Origin: Candidatus Omnitrophota bacterium
GTDB taxonomy: Bacteria > Omnitrophota > Gorgyraeia > B26-G9
Assembly (NCBI GenBank): GCA_016213925.1
Contig: JACQZH010000013.1
Location: 14,034-78,033 of the forward strand
Reading direction: 5' to 3'
Length of the DNA: 64,000 nt
Of the stretch, positions 40,226 through 47,721 are shown piece by piece; position 1 is the stretch's first letter; each line of letters starts with the position of its first letter. The position numbers were made by a program, and so were the translations under genes. The notes below the pieces were generated by a model. The model saw only the letters and a program-made list of their open reading frames with translations, had not been told where the DNA came from and made no database searches.

Positions 40226-40850
40226 ACATTCTATTTTGAAATTTATTAAAGGATTATATCGGCCTGTGTTTACAACACTTGAATTATCCGCTCTTTCCGG
40301 AAAATCTTTATCTGCTACAATTCAGGCGCTTAATTATCTTGAAAAACAGGGAGTGGTTTTTAAGATATACAGGGGAATTTGGTCTGAAGTTACAAATGAA
40401 TCTTTAAGCCCTTATCTAGTGGTCCCTTTTTTGCTTTCAGGGCAGCGCAGCTATGTATCTTTTATTAGCGCGTTGCATATCTATGGAATAATCGAGCAGA
40501 TTCCTCAATCAATTACTCTCGCTTCAAATGTCCATACCAAGATAATTCATACGAAAGCGGCAACTTTTTATGTCCACCGCATAGCGCCTTCTTTTTTTAA
40601 GGGGTTTAGGTGGTATAAGGACGCGGACAGTTTTTTAATCGCCGAGCCGGAAAAAGCGTTAATCGATTGCCTATACTTATCGGCACGCAAAAAAAAGCAA
40701 TTCGGGTATTTTCCTGAATTATATTTTCCTAAGTCGTTTAGTTTTGGGAAGGCTAGGGAATGGGTTGAGAAAATTCCTGATGATAAGATTAGATCTTCGG
40801 TTAAAAAAAAATTAGATAAAGTTTTTCAATTCAAGAATATTCATGTGTAA
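40218..40850 (+). CDS. AbiEi-family (type IV TA) antitoxin / wHTH regulator
   Basis: N-terminal wHTH (VFTTLEL...IYRGIW), SYVSFISALHIYG.IEQIP, IAEPEKALIDCLYL. Start ATG 40218 overlaps the toxin stop. Confidence 0.85.
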   Translation: MAKHSILKFIKGLYRPVFTTLELSALSGKSLSATIQALNYLEKQGVVFKIYRGIWSEVTNESLSPYLVVPFLLSGQRSYVSFISALHIYGIIEQIPQSITLASNVHTKIIHTKAATFYVHRIAPSFFKGFRWYKDADSFLIAEPEKALIDCLYLSARKKKQFGYFPELYFPKSFSFGKAREWVEKIPDDKIRSSVKKKLDKVFQFKNIHV

Positions 40851-40914
40851 AATTCAAGCTTTAATTGCATATAACGTTAATAACTTGAAAGAAAAATAAT
40901 AACGGAGGATAAAG

Positions 40915-41949
40915 GTGCGGATATTAGTTACCGGCGGAGCCGGGTTAGTAGGGTCACATTGCGCGGAATATTTCGCGAAGAAAAAATGCCAGGTGTTTGT
41001 GCTGGATAATTTGATGCGTTCTGAGTTATTTAAGTCAAAAAAGAAAAGCGTTGAATATAACTGGAATTATCTGGAAAGTTTTAAGAACATCAAAAGAATA
41101 AAAGGTGATGTGCGCAATGAAAAAGATGTTTTAAAAGCTATCGGAAGTGGTGTGGATGCGGTTATCCATACTGCCGGCCAGCCCGGGGTGCCTTCATCAG
41201 TGCGTATGCCCAGGGATGATTTTAGTATTAATGCTTTTGGCACGCTTAATGTCCTTGAATGCCTGCGTAAAAAAAGCCCAAAAGCGGCTTTTGTATATTG
41301 TTCCACAAATAAAGTATACGGAGAGAATGTTGATAAAGTTGCGCTTAGAAAATTGAAAACAAGATATGTTTTTAAAGGTATAAGTGGAATTGATGAAACA
41401 ACCCTGACTGATTTAACCGGGCATACACCGTATGGCGTAAGCAAGCTGGCGGGTGATTTATATACGCAGGAATACGCGCATATATACGCTATGAGAACAG
41501 CGGTGTTTAGGATGAGTTGTATTTACGGGGAAAGGCAGTTTGGCTTTGAAGATCAGGGATGGGTAGCCTGGTTTATAATTGCCGCTCTTTTGGGCAGGGA
41601 AATTACCGTGTATGGCGACGGCCGGCAGGTGAGAGATCTTTTATATGCAAAAGATCTTGTAAACGCTTTTGATAGATTTATCACAGGCAAACAGCAGCAT
41701 ATACTGGTAAATATCGGAGGTGGAAATGATAATACGGTTTCCTTGCTGGAATTTCTGTCCAAGCTGGAAAATATTACTGGCCGTAAACCAATAGTAGAAT
41801 TTAGTAATTGGCGGCCTTCGGACCAGAAAGTATATATCAGGAATATAGGTAAAGTTAAAAAGTTTTTATCCTGGAAACCTGAAACCGGAGTTGATGAAGG
41901 ATTAGAGCAATTGGCTAATTGGATAAAGGCTAATAAGGATATATTTTAA
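40915..41949 (+). CDS. NAD-dependent epimerase (CDP-paratose 2-epimerase/RfbE-like)
   Basis: TGGAGLVG, STNKVYG, PYGVSK, FRMSCIYG.RQFG.EDQGWVAWF, WRPSDQ. Confidence 0.82.
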   Translation: MRILVTGGAGLVGSHCAEYFAKKKCQVFVLDNLMRSELFKSKKKSVEYNWNYLESFKNIKRIKGDVRNEKDVLKAIGSGVDAVIHTAGQPGVPSSVRMPRDDFSINAFGTLNVLECLRKKSPKAAFVYCSTNKVYGENVDKVALRKLKTRYVFKGISGIDETTLTDLTGHTPYGVSKLAGDLYTQEYAHIYAMRTAVFRMSCIYGERQFGFEDQGWVAWFIIAALLGREITVYGDGRQVRDLLYAKDLVNAFDRFITGKQQHILVNIGGGNDNTVSLLEFLSKLENITGRKPIVEFSNWRPSDQKVYIRNIGKVKKFLSWKPETGVDEGLEQLANWIKANKDIF

Positions 41950-41961
41950 TAAATTAAAATT

Positions 41962-42906
41962 ATGTCGAAGAAAAAAGTAATGATTTTTGGCTGCGGCGGG
42001 ATGTTGGGAAAAGCGGTTTATGAAAAGTTCAAAGAGCGTTATGATGTACTGGCCACTGATATAGATGTAAATGAGACATGGCTTGAGTATTTAGATGTGA
42101 GGGATTTAAATGCAATATTAAAAAGGGTTGCTGATTTTGGCCCTGGTTTATTGATAAATCTTGCCGCATTGACAGACTTGGAATATTGCGAGAAGCATCC
42201 GCAGGAAGCTTGGCTTACTAATGCCTTGGGCCAGGAAAACATTGCTTTAGCCGGGCAAAAATTTGATATAGCTTGTGTATATGTCAGCGCCGCGAGTGTT
42301 TTCGACGGAAAACAGGAGTTTTATAACGATGCCGACAACCCTAAGCCGGTCAATGTATATGGGAAAGGAAAGTATTATGGGGAAGTTGTTACGCAGCAGA
42401 TGCTTAAAAAGTATTTTATTTTTAGAGCCGGATGGATGATGGGCGGCGGAATAAAAAAAGATAAAAAATTTATTAACAAGATATTCAAACAAGTCAGCGC
42501 GGGCGCAAAGGAACTTTTTGTTGTTGAAGATAAGCACGGCACGCCGACATATACGGTTGATTTTGCAAGTTCAATGTATAATATAGTGCAGGGTGATTTC
42601 TATGGTTTATACAACATGGTTTGTACAGGCAGTGCCAGCCGTTATGAGGTGGCAAAAGAATTTATAAAATGTTTAGGGCTGGAAAAAGAGGTCAAAATAA
42701 ATCCGGTAAATTCCGCTTATTTTGAAAAGGAATACTTTGCGCCCAGGCCTAAATCGGAAAAATTAATTAATTTAAAGCTGCAAAAAAGAGGGATGCTTTA
42801 TATGAGAGAATGGAAAGAATGTTTGGCGGAATATGCGCAAGTTTTAAAAAAAGAAAAACTAAAGCACGCATCACACAAAGACGCGGAGCCGCAGAGAAAA
42901 GAATAA
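41962..42906 (+). CDS. RmlD-like NDP-4-keto-sugar reductase
   Basis: GCGGMLG, LAALTD, VFDG, YGKGK, GTPTY, APRP. Confidence 0.82.
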   Translation: MSKKKVMIFGCGGMLGKAVYEKFKERYDVLATDIDVNETWLEYLDVRDLNAILKRVADFGPGLLINLAALTDLEYCEKHPQEAWLTNALGQENIALAGQKFDIACVYVSAASVFDGKQEFYNDADNPKPVNVYGKGKYYGEVVTQQMLKKYFIFRAGWMMGGGIKKDKKFINKIFKQVSAGAKELFVVEDKHGTPTYTVDFASSMYNIVQGDFYGLYNMVCTGSASRYEVAKEFIKCLGLEKEVKINPVNSAYFEKEYFAPRPKSEKLINLKLQKRGMLYMREWKECLAEYAQVLKKEKLKHASHKDAEPQRKE

Positions 42907-42968
42907 ATAGTAAATAAACGAAGTTTGGCAGAATAGAAAAACATTGTGGGCTTTGAGGCTCTGTGTGA
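42871..42968 (+). repeat. Imperfect long inverted repeat (G-U-rich hairpin) spanning a gene junction
   Basis: TCACACAAAG-ACG-CGGAGCC-GCAG pairs with TTGT-G-GGCTTTG-AGG-CTCTGTGTGA. Confidence 0.55.
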
Positions 42969-42975
42969 GGTTAAA

Positions 42976-43953
42976 ATGAATGCTGAAAAAGACAAAAAAT
43001 CAATAAGCATAGTTATTCCGACTTATAAATCAGCAGAGAATTTAACTGTTTTGGTTGAACGGTTGAAAGCTGTGCTGGATAAATGCGCGTATAGCTATGA
43101 AATAATTTTTATTGAGGATGCCAGCCCGGATAATTCCCTGGAGATTTTAAAGGATATTGCGCTAAAAGATCCGCGGGTTAAGATAATAAGCTTTTCCCGG
43201 AATTTTGGGCAGCAGATTGCTATTTGCTGCGGTTTGCAGCATTCAGAAGCGGACGCGGTAATTATTATGGATGATGACCTTCAGGATCCTCCGGAGTTTA
43301 TTCCTGAACTAATTAAAAAATGGGAAGAAGGCTATGAGGTTGTTTATGCGGTTAGAAAAGCCCGCAAAGAAGGATATTTGAAGAAAATCGGATACAGGCT
43401 TTATTATTGGATTCTTGCGAATTTAAGCAGTATCAAGATCCCTAAAGACAGCGGAGACTTTGGCCTTATAGATAGAAAAATCGTTGATATAATAAATAAT
43501 ATGCCGGAGCAGGACCGGTTTGTCAGGGGGCTTCGTGCCTGGACAGGATTTAAGCAAATCGGAATAGAATATGAGCGGGCATATAGATATAAGGGGGAGC
43601 CTGCTTATAAATTATTCAAAATATTAAAATTGTCTACAGACGGAATTTTCGCTTTTTCCAATATGCCGCTGCGGATTTCTTCAGCTTTGGGTTTTATTGT
43701 TGCCGGGATTGCTTTTTTAGGGATAGTTTTTACTCTTATACAAAAAATTATAACTTTAATTTTCCCTGACAATGTTATAGCTGTATGGCCGGGGTTTAGC
43801 ACTATTGTGCTGTCAATATTATTTATTGGAGGGGTGCAGTTAATCTGTATCGGGATTTTAGGCGAATATATTGCCAGGATTTATAATGAGGTAAAAAAAA
43901 GGCCGTTATTCTTGATTAAGGAAAAAGTTGGGTTTAAGGAAGAAAAAAAGTAA
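42976..43953 (+). CDS. GT2 polyprenyl-phosphate glycosyltransferase (ArnC/GtrB-like)
   Basis: IVIPTY, EDASPD, FSRNFG, MDDDLQDPP, GDF, two TM helices, GEYIARIY.E.K.RP. Confidence 0.9.
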   Translation: MNAEKDKKSISIVIPTYKSAENLTVLVERLKAVLDKCAYSYEIIFIEDASPDNSLEILKDIALKDPRVKIISFSRNFGQQIAICCGLQHSEADAVIIMDDDLQDPPEFIPELIKKWEEGYEVVYAVRKARKEGYLKKIGYRLYYWILANLSSIKIPKDSGDFGLIDRKIVDIINNMPEQDRFVRGLRAWTGFKQIGIEYERAYRYKGEPAYKLFKILKLSTDGIFAFSNMPLRISSALGFIVAGIAFLGIVFTLIQKIITLIFPDNVIAVWPGFSTIVLSILFIGGVQLICIGILGEYIARIYNEVKKRPLFLIKEKVGFKEEKK

Positions 43954-43977
43954 CATCTATTTTTTTAGGAGGAGAAA

Positions 43978-45399
43978 ATGAAAAAAGTTGTTTATTATAT
44001 TATGGCCGGAGGACAAGGAATGCGTCTTTGGCCAATGAGCCGGTCTCATTTTCCCAAGCAGCTGCATTCTTTGCTGGGAGAAGGCTCATTGTTTCAGCAA
44101 TCCGTGCAAAGGCTCATAAAGATTAGCAAGCCTGAAAACATTTTGATTGGTACAAGAGAAGATTTGTACTTTTCTATAAGGGAACAATGGCATAATCTGA
44201 ATTTTAAAACCGAGCCCTGGCTTATATTGGAACCGATGAGCCGCAATACCGCCCCGGCTATCGCATTGGCTGTGTTGGCTGTACGGGAGCGTTTTGGCGA
44301 AGATGTGATTATGGTTACGCTTGCCGCGGATCATGTTATAAAAAATCATAAACTGTTTGAAAAACTTTTAAAGGAAGCGGCCATATTTGCTGAAAAAGGG
44401 GATATCGTTACTTTTGGAGTTGTTCCTTCTTATCCGGAAACAGGATATGGGTATATTAAAACCGGCAGAAATTTAAAAAATAATGTGTTCAGTGTCGCGG
44501 AATTTAAAGAAAAACCGAATTTAAGTGTGGCTACGAAGTATGTAAATAGTAAAAAATATCTTTGGAACAGCGGAATGTTTATATTTGATACTAAAGTTAT
44601 TGCGGATAATTTAAAAGAGTTTGCTGCCGAAGTATGGACGTTGTCGCGGGATGTTTGGAAAAAGAGAATTGAAAAAGATGGGGTAATCAGGTTAAAGAAT
44701 AATTTATTCGAAAAGATTCCTAATATATCGATTGATTATGCGGTGATGGAAAAGGCGAAAAGAAAAACAGTTATTAAGGCTGACTTTAGATGGTGTGATG
44801 TAGGCTGCTGGCGTATGGTGCATGAAATATCGCGAAAAGATAAGCAGGGCAATGTGTTTTCCGGTGATGTGTTTGGATTGGATACAAAGAATACTTTTAT
44901 CAAGTCGGAAAAAAGGTTTGTCGCGGCTGTGGGGCTTGAGGATCTTATAATTATTGATACTGCGGATGCTTTATTGATATCTAAGCGCCAGCGCAGCCAG
45001 GATGTAAAACGCATAGTTGATAAACTAAATACACAGGGCTCTGAACTGACTAAGTTCCATACTACGGTTTACAGGCCGTGGGGTAATTACACTGTATTGG
45101 AAGAAGGCCCTGGATATAAAATTAAACGTGTGGTTGTTAATCCAAAACAAAAGCTTTCATTGCAAAAACATAGGTTCAGGAGCGAACATTGGGTGGTGGT
45201 TTGCGGAAAAGCTTGTATTGTCAGCGATAAAAAATCGATTACTTTAAAGTCAAATGAAAGTATTTTTATCCCTAAAGGCCATAAACACCGGATAATGAAT
45301 CCTTTTAATAAGGAAGTGGTGATTATAGAAGTTCAGACTGGATACCGAATAACCGAAAATGATATTGTCAGGTATGACGATATATATGAGCGCAGTTAG
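43978..45399 (+). CDS. manC: Mannose-1-phosphate guanylyltransferase / mannose-6-phosphate isomerase
   Basis: MAGG.G.RLWPMSR..PKQ, RNTAPA, ETGYGYI, WNSGMF, SIDYAVME, and a cupin domain (RPWG, SLQKH..RSEHW). Confidence 0.95.
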   Translation: MKKVVYYIMAGGQGMRLWPMSRSHFPKQLHSLLGEGSLFQQSVQRLIKISKPENILIGTREDLYFSIREQWHNLNFKTEPWLILEPMSRNTAPAIALAVLAVRERFGEDVIMVTLAADHVIKNHKLFEKLLKEAAIFAEKGDIVTFGVVPSYPETGYGYIKTGRNLKNNVFSVAEFKEKPNLSVATKYVNSKKYLWNSGMFIFDTKVIADNLKEFAAEVWTLSRDVWKKRIEKDGVIRLKNNLFEKIPNISIDYAVMEKAKRKTVIKADFRWCDVGCWRMVHEISRKDKQGNVFSGDVFGLDTKNTFIKSEKRFVAAVGLEDLIIIDTADALLISKRQRSQDVKRIVDKLNTQGSELTKFHTTVYRPWGNYTVLEEGPGYKIKRVVVNPKQKLSLQKHRFRSEHWVVVCGKACIVSDKKSITLKSNESIFIPKGHKHRIMNPFNKEVVIIEVQTGYRITENDIVRYDDIYERS

Positions 45400-45469
45400 C
45401 TTATTAGCGCATTAGTACATTTGATTATTAGGCAGAAGATGCAAGGATAAATGCGCTAAAATAAAAAAA

Positions 45470-45499
45470 TTGGCAAATGAACGGATTTTAAGGTATAAT
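45470..45499 (+). promoter_or_regulatory. Putative sigma70 promoter of the pilin leader RNA
   Basis: TTGGCA (45470-75), 18 bp, TATAAT (45494-99). Confidence 0.55.
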
Positions 45500-45565
45500 T
45501 ATTAAGGTAAGGTAAATATCCATAATAGGATAAAAATCATATTACTTTATTTATTTTTTTTTACA

Positions 45566-45818
45566 GATAACGGCAAACTTTTCCCGAAGGCAGCAACATT
45601 AAAAGATGCGTGTCGGGATACCGAGGTAATGTTAGAAAAACATATTCGGGAGCAAAAGTAAAGGGCTGTGCCCAGGGTTAAATTAATTTAACCCAACAAG
45701 AGGCCTCGAAAAAAATACGAAATCATATAAATTAGGTTCGAGGCAAAACTGTGGGTCTAAAAGAGAGTCTTTTAGAAAACTGGGTTGCCTAAGTAAAGAG
45801 AAACACTGCCGAACTATC
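45566..45818 (+). ncRNA. Structured leader RNA; c-di-GMP-I (GEMM) riboswitch-like with a large insertion
   Basis: GGCAAAC (45572-78) and GCAAAAC-TGTGG-GTCTAA...GGGTTGCC (45743-89) resemble GEMM landmarks, with several perfect stems between them. It overlaps a terminator and lies upstream of a pilin gene. Confidence 0.55.
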
Positions 45819-45847
45819 ATGTAAAAAAAGGATAGTCCGGTTTTTTT
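45809..45847 (+). terminator. Intrinsic terminator / candidate expression platform
   Basis: Stem CCGAACTATC (45809-18) / GATAGTCCGG (45831-40) with one mismatch, followed by T7. Confidence 0.7.
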
Positions 45848-46007
45848 ATGCTTGCTAAATTATCTTTTCATTGAAAGGAGGTGCCGGATAGTTTTTAAAA
45901 AGTATAAATAGAAAGGGAGGAGGTGGGAAAGAAGAAATAAGTTTAATCTACAGCTAGAGGTATGAGGTATGAGAATAAATTAATATTAAATACGGGGGAA
46001 ATAGTTC

Positions 46008-46036
46008 TTGACATTAAAAAATAGTTTTGATACATA
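46008..46036 (+). promoter_or_regulatory. Possible second, pilin-proximal promoter
   Basis: Perfect TTGACA (46008-13), 17 bp, weak -10 TACATA preceded by TGn. Confidence 0.35.
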
Positions 46037-46082
46037 TATAACCAATAGAAGAAATATGAGTTTAAAAATAGGGGAGGAAAAA

Positions 46083-46499
46083 ATGGATAAAAAGGGTTTT
46101 ACGCTTGTTGAACTTTTGATGGTAGTTATCATCATCGGTATACTTGTTACTTTGGCAGTACCAAACTACTATCGTTCTATCGAAAGAGCAAAGGCAGGAA
46201 AAGCGAAAGCAGCTATGGACGCGATTAGAAAAGCAGAGATTCAATATCGCGCTTTTAATGATGAATATATAGACTTAAATGGAGACATGGCTGAATTAGA
46301 ACCGTATGATCTTCCGGCTGATATTGTGGATGATGCTAATGATAGTGATTGGACATATTCTGTCGACGGATCCGGTGAAGATGCTATGCTTATTCATGCT
46401 GAAAGAGATGATGGGCCTAACGCCACAGAAGAATTAACGATGGACCAGGACGGAGTTATGGCTAATCCGGGCGCTATCCCGGAATGGGGAGTTAACTAA
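46083..46499 (+). CDS. Type IV pilin (prepilin with class III signal peptide)
   Basis: MDKKG|FTLVELLMVVIIIGILVTLAVPNY with SD GGGGAGG upstream. True start is ATG 46083, not TTG 46008. Confidence 0.93.
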   Translation: MDKKGFTLVELLMVVIIIGILVTLAVPNYYRSIERAKAGKAKAAMDAIRKAEIQYRAFNDEYIDLNGDMAELEPYDLPADIVDDANDSDWTYSVDGSGEDAMLIHAERDDGPNATEELTMDQDGVMANPGAIPEWGVN

Positions 46500-46539
46500 T
46501 TTTGTAATTTGATTCACGGAGGAAAAGTAATTGAAGGTT

Positions 46540-46598
46540 TGCCGTTGGTTTATTCTTAGGTTTTATTGAACGCAAGAATGAACCAACGGCATTTTTTT
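46540..46598 (+). terminator. Strong intrinsic terminator after the pilin gene
   Basis: TGCCGTTGGTTTATTCTT / AAGAATGAACCAACGGCA, 18-bp stem with one G-U pair, followed by T7. Confidence 0.85.
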
Positions 46599-46635
46599 GA
46601 CATTTTAAAGGTGTTAAATTTATGAGGAGGGAAAT

Positions 46636-47706
46636 ATGCGGATAATCGCCATTGCTAATCAGAAAGGGGGATGCGGCAAAACAACTACGGCAATTAATCT
46701 TAGCGCGTGTCTTTCTAAACTTGGCAGGAATGTATTGCTGATTGATTTGGACCCACAAGGGCACGCTACCTTGGGATTAAATGTGAATCCCAACGATCAG
46801 GATAAAACAATGTACAATGTGTTAACTCCTCTTTTGGAAAAAAGATTACGCCTTGATGAAATTATTATTCCTATTTCTGATGGCCTTGACCTTGCGCCGG
46901 CAAATATTTTATTATCCGCGATCGAACAAGAACTTTCCGGCAAACCGGAACGAGAGGCAAGGCTTTCGCAGGCGATTTCCTTAATGGTTACGGATAAGAC
47001 TTATGAGTTCATTATAATTGATTGTTCCCCAAGCCTAGGGATGTTGACATTCAACGCGTTACGGGCTTGCCGCGAACTTATTTCTCCGGTTGATACGGGG
47101 TTCTTTTCTTTGCATGGGATCGGTAAATTAATTGAAACGGTTAAGCTGATTGAAAAAGAGTTAAGATATAAAATCCCCGTAACAGCTTTGGTTACTATGT
47201 TTGATCAGCGCACAAAGTTTTCACACGAGGTGAAAGAAGAAATTAACAAATATTTTTCAGGAAACGTATTCTCTGCGTCTATCCGTAATAATGTGCGTTT
47301 AAAAGAGGCGTCAAGTTATGGTAAGGCGGTAATTGATTATGATAAGCGCTCGAGCGGCGCGCTGGATTATTCTGCTGTTGCAAAAGAATTAATTTATGGA
47401 ATTGTTAAAAAAGAAGAGCCGGTTAACCCGATAAAATTAAGCAGGGAAATGATCTTTAGCTTTTATGATCCGAATGCTCAAAGCGTGGAAATAGCCGGTG
47501 ACTTTAATAATTGGACAGCAACTCAAGAAAGCAAACTTGAATATTTAAATGATGGTAAATGGAAAAAAGAGTTTAGCCTTGAGCCTGGCCGTTACCGCTA
47601 TAAATTCGTAGTAGACGGTAAATGGGTCGTTGATCCCAATAATCCGAATACAGAGCCGGACAATAGCGGGAATATTAATTCGCTATTAGAAATAAAAAAG
47701 GATTGA
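46636..47706 (+). CDS. ParA/Soj-family ATPase fused to a C-terminal AMPK-beta-like CBM48 glycogen-binding domain
   Basis: Deviant Walker A NQKGGCGKTT, DLDPQG, IIDCSP, TMFDQRT, NVRLKEA. C-terminus AQSVEIAGDFNNW...LEPGRYRYKFVVDGKWVVDP..N. Confidence 0.9.
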   Translation: MRIIAIANQKGGCGKTTTAINLSACLSKLGRNVLLIDLDPQGHATLGLNVNPNDQDKTMYNVLTPLLEKRLRLDEIIIPISDGLDLAPANILLSAIEQELSGKPEREARLSQAISLMVTDKTYEFIIIDCSPSLGMLTFNALRACRELISPVDTGFFSLHGIGKLIETVKLIEKELRYKIPVTALVTMFDQRTKFSHEVKEEINKYFSGNVFSASIRNNVRLKEASSYGKAVIDYDKRSSGALDYSAVAKELIYGIVKKEEPVNPIKLSREMIFSFYDPNAQSVEIAGDFNNWTATQESKLEYLNDGKWKKEFSLEPGRYRYKFVVDGKWVVDPNNPNTEPDNSGNINSLLEIKKD

Positions 47707-47721
47707 TTTTTGGGTAAATAA

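Noticed and set aside
45404-45459. 10-bp perfect inverted repeat TTAGCGCATT/AATGCGCTAA after manC as a terminator
   Set aside because: The loop is 36 nt and no U-tract follows the stem on either strand; function unsupported.
45566-45818. Leader RNA as tRNA, tmRNA, RNase P RNA or CRISPR array
   Set aside because: No cloverleaf/T-arm, tag ORF, RNase P P4 consensus or regular repeat-spacer pattern seen.
46008-46082. Long N-terminal extension of the pilin from the TTG start
   Set aside because: The TTG is part of a TTGACA box. The strong SD and short class III leader indicate ATG 46083.
46597-46620. TTGACA promoter for the parA-CBM48 operon
   Set aside because: No acceptable -10 element at 16-18 bp (TAAATT is only 12 bp away), and it overlaps the terminator T-tract.
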